From Pseudomonadota bacterium (GTDB lineage: Bacteria > Bdellovibrionota_B > Oligoflexia > Oligoflexales > RGVZ01), in assembly GCA_041178085.1 (NCBI GenBank), contig JBEGVZ010000060.1, positions 1-27,765 of the forward strand: a DNA stretch of 27,765 nt, read 5' to 3'. The notes under the pieces are model-generated. The model had not been told where the DNA came from. It worked only from the letters and a program-made list of their open reading frames with translations, and searched no databases. Shown piece after piece: positions 1 to 7,559 of the stretch. How positions within the stretch are numbered: the stretch's first letter is position 1; the number at the start of each line of letters is the position of its first letter. A program made the translations under genes and the position numbers.

Positions 1-741
1 GTAGCGATCGTCTTCTGTAATGAAAGAGAACGGACTCTCTGCGATGAACCAGCGGTTCTTACCTGAACGAATCGCCCACGGACGCGAGTGGTTGGCTAAC
101 GAAAAGTCCGTCGAATGCTCGGCAGTCGCAACGACCTCTGCAATTCCGGCATCTTTAATGCTGAATAGATTCAATTCCCACGCCGCCAGCAATTTCTCCG
201 GCTCAGCAGGATTCCATCCCGCAAATTTGACAAACTCTTCCCCCAGATAGCGGTTCATCCGGTAGAATCCGGGAAATCCCCCAGCATCCTTGCGCCCGTG
301 GTCCAGGCCTGACAGGCCTGTGAAGGATATGCCGGCGGATCTGTTCAGATATGATTCGCCCAGTTGCCAGCTGTTGTAACCCATCCAAACCAGGGTCGAC
401 TTCGTATGCCTGGCATCATCCAAAAATTCCGGAGGCAATTTGTTGTCATAGTAAGTTCCGAAATAAAAATTCACCGGGCACTCATCAAGCTGACCCGGCT
501 GATAGGCCTCAACCGGACGCGAGCGTGGCGTCCACGCTGGAAAATGTCCCAGCAAATTTTGCAAAAGCAGAGAATGGATCTGGCCAACCATATGCCTGGC
601 GCCAGAGATAGAAACGTAATCATAGTACAGTCCGGCACAACGACCGACCGGGGATGAACCGAACGCAATCCCAGGGAGCATGCACAAAATGAAAGACATG
701 ACTTTTGTGCGAAGGACTGAAATATCCGAGCGAAATCCCAT
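1..741 (-). CDS. DUF2334-family / polysaccharide deacetylase-like secreted protein, N-terminal part (runs off the left edge)
   Basis: Hand-translated open minus frame from ATG 741 (alternative ATG 699) to base 1: MGFRSDISVLRTKVMSFILCMLPGIAFG...LLLQNLLGHF...YQPGQLDECPVNFYFGTYYDNKLPPEFLDD...LVWMGYNSWQL...PWAIRSGKNRWFIAESPFSFITEDDRY. Signal-peptide-like N-terminus. The motifs match my recollection of DUF2334 proteins; the catalytic domain would lie outside the window. Confidence 0.75.
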   Translation of the reverse strand, partial: MGFRSDISVLRTKVMSFILCMLPGIAFGSSPVGRCAGLYYDYVSISGARHMVGQIHSLLLQNLLGHFPAWTPRSRPVEAYQPGQLDECPVNFYFGTYYDNKLPPEFLDDARHTKSTLVWMGYNSWQLGESYLNRSAGISFTGLSGLDHGRKDAGGFPGFYRMNRYLGEEFVKFAGWNPAEPEKLLAAWELNLFSIKDAGIAEVVATAEHSTDFSLANHSRPWAIRSGKNRWFIAESPFSFITEDDRY

Positions 742-753
742 AGAGGGCCATGC

Positions 754-770
754 AGCAGGAACTATGCCGA
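754..770 (-). promoter_or_regulatory. Putative sigma54 (-24/-12) promoter for the DUF2334-like gene
   Basis: Minus strand TCGGCATAGTTCCTGCT has exact GG-N10-GC spacing and is close to the consensus TGGCAC-N5-TTGC. Confidence 0.4.
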
Positions 771-842
771 ACTGTGATACTCGCCGCCCGGGACGTTTAA
801 AAAAAATACACAGGGGGCTTCAAGGCCGGGCAGGGGAGCCGT

Positions 843-1688
843 TTACTGGCGTTTGACTTCTTCCCACAGAGATTCAAGGGTCGTCTGGTCTGCCGCTTCA
901 ACACGGATGCCGCGTTTTTTTGCAAGGGACTCAAGGGCAGCAAAACGGTTGAGGAACTTTCGATTCCCGTCCAAGGCGACCACTTCCGGATCAACTCCCA
1001 TGTGACGGGAAAACTGGGCCAGAGAAAAATAGATGTCACCCAGCTCGGCAAGCAGGGCAGGGCGGTCACCCTTTTCCCATTCCTCTTTCAATTCCTCGAC
1101 TTCAGACAGCAGCTTGGCAAGAACTTCACCCGGAGAGTTCCAGTCAAATTTGATCTTGGCGGCACGCTTGCCAATCTCCAAGGCCTCGATGGTCGAGGGA
1201 TACCCCGTGATCCCAGCGAAAAACCCTTCGTCACCAGCACCTCTGGACGACTTCGCCTTCTTTTCGCTGGATTTAATTGCTTCCCAGTTGGACTTGATGC
1301 TCGACATCTGGCGTTGCTGACGCTCGTTGTCATCGCCAAACACGTGGGGATGACGCCGGCGCATTTTCTCGTCAATGGAACGGATGACGTCGTCGATCTG
1401 GAAGCCCCTGCGGTCGGCTGCAACCTGGGCATTCAATACGACCTGGAGGAGTACATCACCCAGTTCTTCACACAATTCCTTAGACTCCGCAGCGTTGTTA
1501 TCGGCGCCCGCCATGACTCGTGCGGCTTCATAAGCCTCCTCGATCATATAGCGACGCAACGAATCGTGGTTTTGCTGAAGGTCCCACGGACAGCCATCGA
1601 CCGGATGGCGAAGGCGTGCAATCGTCTGGCAAAAATTGCTGAATGCTTGGGCAGCCGCCTTGAAATCCCCCACAACAACCTCCGTCAC
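843..1688 (-). CDS. mazG: Nucleoside triphosphate pyrophosphohydrolase MazG
   Basis: LRHPVDGCPWDLQQ, IEEAYEA, EELGDVLLQV, KMRRRHPHVFG and a second domain with ELGDIYF...NRKFLNRF. The GTG start overlaps the gpmI stop (GTGA). Confidence 0.96.
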   Translation of the reverse strand: MTEVVVGDFKAAAQAFSNFCQTIARLRHPVDGCPWDLQQNHDSLRRYMIEEAYEAARVMAGADNNAAESKELCEELGDVLLQVVLNAQVAADRRGFQIDDVIRSIDEKMRRRHPHVFGDDNERQQRQMSSIKSNWEAIKSSEKKAKSSRGAGDEGFFAGITGYPSTIEALEIGKRAAKIKFDWNSPGEVLAKLLSEVEELKEEWEKGDRPALLAELGDIYFSLAQFSRHMGVDPEVVALDGNRKFLNRFAALESLAKKRGIRVEAADQTTLESLWEEVKRQ

Positions 1689-3328
1689 TGGACAAGCCCC
1701 GTCTGGTAAGCCGGATTTGCCGGCAGGCCCATAAGGCCAAGGGCTGTGTTGGCCACGTTGGCAAGTCCAGGTCGCTCGATGTCACTACGCATCTTTACCA
1801 GTCCGCGCGGGTCAAAAACAAAGAACGGGACGGGGCTCAACGTATGGGACGTTTTCGGACGGGGGCGACTGTCAGGGGGAAGATAAGGATAGGGATCCGA
1901 GCCATCCTTTGGCGGTTTGACGTCAAACATTTCGTCTGCATTGCCGTGATCGGCTGTAACCATGAGGATAACATCCGATTTGCGCGATGCGGCGATCAAG
2001 CGGCCAAGCATGAGGTCCACGGTGGCAACTGCGGTCACGGCGGCGTCAAAGTCCCCTGTGTGCCCCACCATGTCGCCGTTGGCAAAGTTGATGCGCCCGA
2101 AATCAAAGCTGCCAGAAAGCATGCGTTTGACGGTCTCGTCACAAATCTCTGCCGCCTTCATCCAAGGCTTGAGTTCAAAGCGGATGTTGTCGGAAGGGAT
2201 TTCGACGTACTCCTCAATCTTGCGATCAAAGCAGCCAGAACGGTTGCCGTTCCAGAAGTAAGTGACATGTCCGTACTTTTGCGTCTCGCTGCAGGCAAAT
2301 TGCCGGATTCCGCGAGAAGCCATCCATTCACCAAGTGTCCCCTCGATGGCGGGCGGCTCCACCAGGTAGCGAGACGGGATCTGCAAGTCCCCGTCGTACT
2401 GCATCATGCCGGCGTAAAAAACATCGGGGCGTTGACCACGGTCAAACTTGTCGAAAGATTCTTCGGTGAAGGCACGCGAAATCTCGATCGCGCGATCACC
2501 CCGGAAGTTGAAAAGGATCACTGCGTCGCCACTCGTGATCTTGCCACATGGCGCCTTGTCATTGCCGGACTGGCAAATAACAAACGAGGGCAAATACTGG
2601 TCGGTCAGGGAAGGGTCCTTGCGAAATTCACTGATCGCAGCAGATAGCGACGGAAAAACCTGGCCCTCTCCGTGGACGTGACAGTCCCAGCCCCTCTTCA
2701 CCATGGACCAATCCGCCTCATAGCGGTCCATCGTGATCAGCATGCGTCCGCCGCCAGACGCCACGCGTGCGTCAAACCCACCAGACGCATTCAAACTGGA
2801 AAGAAGCTGTTCAAGCCGGCCGACATAAGTTTCCGCCGTTTTTTCGCCGACATCCCGGCCATCAAGCAGCACATGGATCCGCACCCGGCGCACACCTTCC
2901 TTTTTCGCCCGCTCAATCATGCTGTGCAGGTGACTTTCGTGAGAGTGGACATTGCCGTCACTGAGCAGGCCGATGAAGTGCAAGGTCTTGTCACCTTCCG
3001 TCACTTGCTTGACGGCATCACGCCATGTCTGGCCAGCAAAAAGGCGGCCCGTTTCAATCGCGCTCTGGACCAGTTTTGCACCCTGGTCGAACACGCGGCC
3101 GGCGCCCAGGGCATTGTGGCCAACCTCACTGTTGCCGATGTCGCTATCGCTCGGCAAACCGACCGCTTTGCCATGCGCGGCAAGCTCAAGGTAACCCGCC
3201 GCAGAACGTAGCCATTTCATGTTGGGGGTGTGAGCGTGAGCCACGGCGTTGCCAAAAGTGACCGGGCTGGCACCTACGCCGTCCATGACCACGGTCAGCA
3301 CGCGACGCTTCACTTGCGAATTACCCAT
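1685..3328 (-). CDS. gpmI: 2,3-bisphosphoglycerate-independent phosphoglycerate mutase (plant/trypanosomatid-like sequence type)
   Basis: VMDGVG, GNSEVGH (catalytic Ser), LDGRD, FNFRGDR, SETQKYGHVT, NGDMVGHTG, TADHGN. Start set at ATG 3328, which has AAGGAG 10 nt upstream. Confidence 0.96.
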   Translation of the reverse strand: MGNSQVKRRVLTVVMDGVGASPVTFGNAVAHAHTPNMKWLRSAAGYLELAAHGKAVGLPSDSDIGNSEVGHNALGAGRVFDQGAKLVQSAIETGRLFAGQTWRDAVKQVTEGDKTLHFIGLLSDGNVHSHESHLHSMIERAKKEGVRRVRIHVLLDGRDVGEKTAETYVGRLEQLLSSLNASGGFDARVASGGGRMLITMDRYEADWSMVKRGWDCHVHGEGQVFPSLSAAISEFRKDPSLTDQYLPSFVICQSGNDKAPCGKITSGDAVILFNFRGDRAIEISRAFTEESFDKFDRGQRPDVFYAGMMQYDGDLQIPSRYLVEPPAIEGTLGEWMASRGIRQFACSETQKYGHVTYFWNGNRSGCFDRKIEEYVEIPSDNIRFELKPWMKAAEICDETVKRMLSGSFDFGRINFANGDMVGHTGDFDAAVTAVATVDLMLGRLIAASRKSDVILMVTADHGNADEMFDVKPPKDGSDPYPYLPPDSRPRPKTSHTLSPVPFFVFDPRGLVKMRSDIERPGLANVANTALGLMGLPANPAYQTGLVQ

Positions 3329-4454
3329 GGCCGTGTTGCTCCTTTTCAAACCGCCGGACTTCATCAATCGCCCACGTCAAGGCGTCGGGGGGAGTGTGGG
3401 GAAGAAGCCCATGACCGACGTTGAAAATATGTCCGCGGATCAGACCACGCTGACGCGCGACGCGAACTTCCTCCAGAATTTCGCGGACGCGGGTGCGGAC
3501 CATGGATTCCGGCCCAATGAGCGCCTGCGGGTCAAGATTCCCTTGCAAGGAAACATCAAGACCAGCTTCTTTTACCAAATGGGCGGCGTGGGACATTCGA
3601 ATCCGCCAGTCAACTGACAGCACGTCAAACGCCGGACGCTGGGCGTTTGATGGGCCAAGCTCCAGAATCCGGTCCGAGCCCTGGCCCGAAAAATAAGTCA
3701 CCGGGACGCCTGCCTGTTCGCGCACCGTCGCCATCAACTCAGCCGTCACCGGCCAAACGTGATGCCGGTAATCACCGGGGGTCAGGTTTCCGGCCCAAGT
3801 ATCGAATAACATGAGGGCATCCGCCCCAGCCTTCACCTGCATCAACAAGTAATCCACAGTCACGTCGCGCAGGAGTTTGAGCAAGTCACTGAAGAGCTCC
3901 GGGTCGCCAAAGAGCATCCCCTTGGTGGCCGTGAATTCCTTGCTGCTGCCACCTTCGATCATGTAGGTCGCGACCGTGAAAGGCGCGCCGGCAAAGCCGA
4001 TCAATGCTTTTCCGGGGGCAAGCCGGGAGCGGGTGAGCGCCAGGGCTTCCCCAACATAGCCAAGCTCCTTGGCTGCATCCGGACGGCGCAGGTTGCGGAA
4101 GGCCTCCCGCGACTGGACGGGGGCGGAAAGCTGAGGACCGTGGCCCTTGCCAAAGGTAAGTTTCTGACCGAGCGCCATACACGGCACCAGAATGTCAGAG
4201 AAAATGATGGCGGCATCCAGGTCAAAACGCCGGAGCGGCTGGAGGGTCACCTCCGAGGCGTCCTCGGGGCTTTTACACAGGTCGACAAATTCCATGCGCG
4301 AACGGATGGCCATGTACTCGGGCAGGTAACGGCCGGCCTGGCGCATGAACCAAACGGGATAGCGAGATCCACTCGCAAAGTCGCCGGCGGCGCCCAGACC
4401 CAGGGCTTCCCGGATGAGGGGTAGACTTTGTGCACGGGTTTTATCCAACATCAT
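3321..4454 (-). CDS. hemE: Uroporphyrinogen decarboxylase
   Basis: PVWFMRQAGRYLPEY, DAAIIFSDIL, LIGFAGAPFTVATYMIEG, LQGNLDP, HIFNVGHG. Confidence 0.97.
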   Translation of the reverse strand: MMLDKTRAQSLPLIREALGLGAAGDFASGSRYPVWFMRQAGRYLPEYMAIRSRMEFVDLCKSPEDASEVTLQPLRRFDLDAAIIFSDILVPCMALGQKLTFGKGHGPQLSAPVQSREAFRNLRRPDAAKELGYVGEALALTRSRLAPGKALIGFAGAPFTVATYMIEGGSSKEFTATKGMLFGDPELFSDLLKLLRDVTVDYLLMQVKAGADALMLFDTWAGNLTPGDYRHHVWPVTAELMATVREQAGVPVTYFSGQGSDRILELGPSNAQRPAFDVLSVDWRIRMSHAAHLVKEAGLDVSLQGNLDPQALIGPESMVRTRVREILEEVRVARQRGLIRGHIFNVGHGLLPHTPPDALTWAIDEVRRFEKEQHGHG

Positions 4455-4475
4455 CTGACCACATCATCTGACCAC
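4448..4475. repeat. Perfect 13-bp tandem duplication ACATCATCTGACC x2 (+AC) over the hemE start
   Basis: 4448-4460 and 4461-4473 are identical. Confidence 0.9.
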
Positions 4476-4616
4476 CCACCGCAACTACCCTGATTAACGG
4501 GGAAATCCCGCAGGAAACAAGGGAATATAACTTCTGTCCGATTGATTTCACAGGGGAAAACGTGTCATTACAATGGGACATTTTTCGGGCGTCAGGCCTC
4601 GAAGGGAGAATGAACC

Positions 4617-5774
4617 ATGGCAGCCAACCCATTGACATCACTCAGTCATGACGAAGCCCTCTTTCAGCAGGAAGTTGAGCGCTTCGCCCGTTCCGCAGTT
4701 GCGCCCAAAGTCCTTGAAATGGACGAAAAGGAACTTCTCGACCCGGGACTGCTGCCACTGTTCTTTGACATGGGACTCATGGGCATCGAAGTGCCAACGC
4801 AATATGGCGGCGCCGGTGGATCGTTCTTCATGTCGATCCTTGCCATTGAAGCGCTCGCCAAGATCGATCCCGCGGTGAGCGTCGTGTGTGATGTGCAAAA
4901 TACGCTCGTGAACAACATCTTCCTGCGCTACGCGACCGAAGAGCAAAGAAAGAAATACCTGCCGCGCCTGTGCGCCAAGGAAGTTGGTTCGTATTGCCTG
5001 ACGGAGCCGAACTCGGGATCTGATGCCTTTGCGATGAAATCCCGCGCGTGGGATGAGGGCGACCACTGGCGCCTTGATGGCAAGAAGATCTTCATCACCA
5101 ACGCCAAGGAAGCGAATATTTTTGTCGTGTTCGCCAACATCAATCCGGAGCTTGGCTACAAAGGCATCACGGCCTTCGTACTCGAACGCGGCATGCCGGG
5201 GTTCAAAGTCGGCAAAAAGGAAATGAAGCTGGGGATCCGTGCCTCTTCGACCTGCGAAGTGATCTTCGAGAACGTCCGCGTTCCCAAAGAGAACGTCGTC
5301 GGGGAAGTCGGTAAAGGCTACAAGATTGCCATCGAAACGCTGAACGAAGGCCGTATCGGGATCGCAGCACAGATGCTTGGCCTTGCCCAGGGAGCTTTCG
5401 AAGGCGCGCTCAAGTACGCGCGCCAGCGCGAACAGTTCGGCAAGCCGATCAAGGAATTCCAAGGCATCCAATTCTCGATCGCACAGGCCGCAACGGAGAT
5501 CGAAGCAGCGCGCCTTCTCGTGTACAACGCCGCGCGCTTGAAAGACGCCGGCAAGGATTTCGTGAAAGAAGCGGCCATGGCAAAACACTTTGCCTCCGCT
5601 GTTGCCGAGACCGTTTCGTCCCAGATGCTGGAAGTGTACGGAGGCTATGGATTCATCAAGGAATTCCCGGCCGAGAAATTCTACCGCGACGCCAAGATTG
5701 GCAAACTGTATGAGGGCACAACCAATATGCAGCTGGCGACGATCTTCAAGCTGATCGATTCGCAGTACCGCTAA
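4617..5774 (+). CDS. Acyl-CoA dehydrogenase, short/branched-chain (ACADSB-like)
   Basis: YCLTEPNSGSDA, GKKIFITN, KLGIRASST, LNEGRIGIAAQ, REQFGKPI, YGGYGF, RDAKIGKLYEGTTNMQ. GGGAG RBS upstream. Confidence 0.93.
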   Translation: MAANPLTSLSHDEALFQQEVERFARSAVAPKVLEMDEKELLDPGLLPLFFDMGLMGIEVPTQYGGAGGSFFMSILAIEALAKIDPAVSVVCDVQNTLVNNIFLRYATEEQRKKYLPRLCAKEVGSYCLTEPNSGSDAFAMKSRAWDEGDHWRLDGKKIFITNAKEANIFVVFANINPELGYKGITAFVLERGMPGFKVGKKEMKLGIRASSTCEVIFENVRVPKENVVGEVGKGYKIAIETLNEGRIGIAAQMLGLAQGAFEGALKYARQREQFGKPIKEFQGIQFSIAQAATEIEAARLLVYNAARLKDAGKDFVKEAAMAKHFASAVAETVSSQMLEVYGGYGFIKEFPAEKFYRDAKIGKLYEGTTNMQLATIFKLIDSQYR

Positions 5775-6745
5775 TGCCGGCTTCCGCGCTTGCACTTCGC
5801 ATCCTGACCAGTGTTGAGATCGCCCGGGCTGTGTGCCTGGGCGATTTTTTTCATCTTGATGAAGCGGCAAAGGCACGTGCACTTTGGAGTTCGGGAATCC
5901 ATGACGCTGATGTTGATTTCTTCACAGCGACAACGCCATTGACCGAATCTGCGGCACGTCAGGCCCTCGCAAAACACAGTGCATCAAACCGACGCTCTTT
6001 TGCGTTTGGCGAGTGCCCCACTGAAAACAAAAAACGAGGTCAGTCACCCAGGGCCTGGGTCGCCGCGTTCCGCGCACCGACAGCGCCAATAATTGAAGGG
6101 GAAAAGATCGCTTTACCCCCTGGCACCGGGTGCCGCGACTTTTTCGTTCGCAGCCTTGGCCCTGCAGGACGAAGTTCCGGGGTGCAGGTTCAGATGGATG
6201 GCAAGTTTGCGATCCCCGCCGCGGACGGCACGGTGACGGTGACCTGTAGTCACGATGAAAAAGATAAAACCATTTCCCGGCATGGCCCGGAACTGTGGTT
6301 TGCCTTTCCTGCCGGGAAAGGCCCTGCCGCGGAAGTGCCCGGGCGCAATTCAATCCTGGCGCAAAAAGATCCGGCAGCCGGATTCATCGTCTGGATCAAC
6401 CACCTGCGTGCCATCGAGAAATTGCCTCCAGTTGAGCCCGTGACATTCAAGGGCGCTCCCAACCTGACCCGAAACGCCACGGCTTTGCATGACCGGAAGC
6501 AACTGGCAAAAATCGCTGATCTGGCAAAAAAACAACATGGCCTGACACTGTCAGGTGAAGACCGTGTCATGGCGAAAACCAGGGACGATGCCATGTGGCT
6601 GCTGTGGAACTCGCCGCGTCACCGGGACCTTCTGCTGGCACCAGAAGCAACGCAAATCATGGTGCAAGCAAGCCAGAACAATGAACATGGGCTGCTTATC
6701 ACAAGCCTTATTTTTTTCTCAGGCGATAAGCATTCACGCAATTGA
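5774..6745 (+). CDS. Hypothetical protein with a degenerate C-terminal CAP (SCP-like) domain
   Basis: TAATG overlap with the ACAD stop. INHLRAIEKLPPV and LWNSPRHRDLLL resemble the CAP motifs N..R...GL.PL and W..SPGH..NIL. The 3' end overlaps convergent folD by 38 bp. Confidence 0.6.
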   Translation: MPASALALRILTSVEIARAVCLGDFFHLDEAAKARALWSSGIHDADVDFFTATTPLTESAARQALAKHSASNRRSFAFGECPTENKKRGQSPRAWVAAFRAPTAPIIEGEKIALPPGTGCRDFFVRSLGPAGRSSGVQVQMDGKFAIPAADGTVTVTCSHDEKDKTISRHGPELWFAFPAGKGPAAEVPGRNSILAQKDPAAGFIVWINHLRAIEKLPPVEPVTFKGAPNLTRNATALHDRKQLAKIADLAKKQHGLTLSGEDRVMAKTRDDAMWLLWNSPRHRDLLLAPEATQIMVQASQNNEHGLLITSLIFFSGDKHSRN

Positions 6746-7559
6746 CCAGCAGCGAGGCAATGGTCATCGGGCCGACGCCGCCCGGGACTGGAGTGATCTT
6801 GCCCGCCACCTTGGACGCAGAACGGAAATCCACGTCACCCTGGATGGAACCATCCGGCATCCGGTGAATGCCGACATCGATAACGGTAGCGCCAGGTTTG
6901 ATCCAGTCACCGTTGATCAGATGATGAACGCCCGTGGCGACCACGACGATGTCTGCCTGGCGCGTGAGCTCCCTGGTTTCTTTCGACTCCGAGTGCATCG
7001 AGATGGTTGTTGCACCTTCATGTGAGAGTAAATTTGCCGCTGGCGCACCGACCAACAGACTGCGGCCAAGCACAGCAGCCAAAGCACCCTTCATGGGAGT
7101 GCCCGAAAACTTGATCAGCTCGATGATGCCACTTGGCGTGCACGGCCGGATGCCGGGCAGGTTCCAATCGAGAAGCCCCTGATTCAAAGGCGTAAGGCCA
7201 TCGACATCCTTGCTGGGATCCACCGCCAGAATCGCATCCGTACGCGACATGTGCGGGGGCAACGGAAGCTGCGGCAAGATACCATCGATCGCGTCGTCCG
7301 CATTCAGCTTGTCGATCAATTCGAGGAGGCGCTTTTGTGGCGCATCCTTGGGCAATCGGTACAGCACTGTCTCGATGCCAACTGACCGGCAGGCAGCTTC
7401 CTTGTTCTTGACGTAAACTTCACTTGGCGCATGCTCTCCGGCCAGGATGACCGCCAGCTTCGGCGCGCGGCCACCGGCCGCCAAAAGCGCATCGACATCC
7501 GCACGCACCCGCTTTTTTATGGCCTGGGCTGCGATGCGTCCGTCAATCAATTGAGTCAT
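6708..7559 (-). CDS. folD: Bifunctional methylenetetrahydrofolate dehydrogenase/cyclohydrolase
   Basis: YVKNK, QLPLP, KDVDG, PCTPSG, GRSLLVG, VIDVG, TPVPGGVGPMT. Confidence 0.97.
   Translation of the reverse strand: MTQLIDGRIAAQAIKKRVRADVDALLAAGGRAPKLAVILAGEHAPSEVYVKNKEAACRSVGIETVLYRLPKDAPQKRLLELIDKLNADDAIDGILPQLPLPPHMSRTDAILAVDPSKDVDGLTPLNQGLLDWNLPGIRPCTPSGIIELIKFSGTPMKGALAAVLGRSLLVGAPAANLLSHEGATTISMHSESKETRELTRQADIVVVATGVHHLINGDWIKPGATVIDVGIHRMPDGSIQGDVDFRSASKVAGKITPVPGGVGPMTIASLLVNCVNAYRLRKK

Noticed and set aside
20..668. Short ORFs listed by the track in the first 670 bp
   Set aside because: They are shadows of the long minus-strand DUF2334-like frame, which the track missed because it has no stop inside the window.
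796..842. T-run after mazG as an intrinsic terminator
   Set aside because: A T8 tract is present on the minus strand, but no convincing stem directly precedes it.
3329..3367. Longer gpmI start at 3367
   Set aside because: It extends deeper into hemE, whereas ATG 3328 has a clear AAGGAG RBS.
4638..5882. 414-aa antisense ORF over the acyl-CoA dehydrogenase
   Set aside because: Antisense mirror frame explained by the codon bias of the real gene; no motifs.
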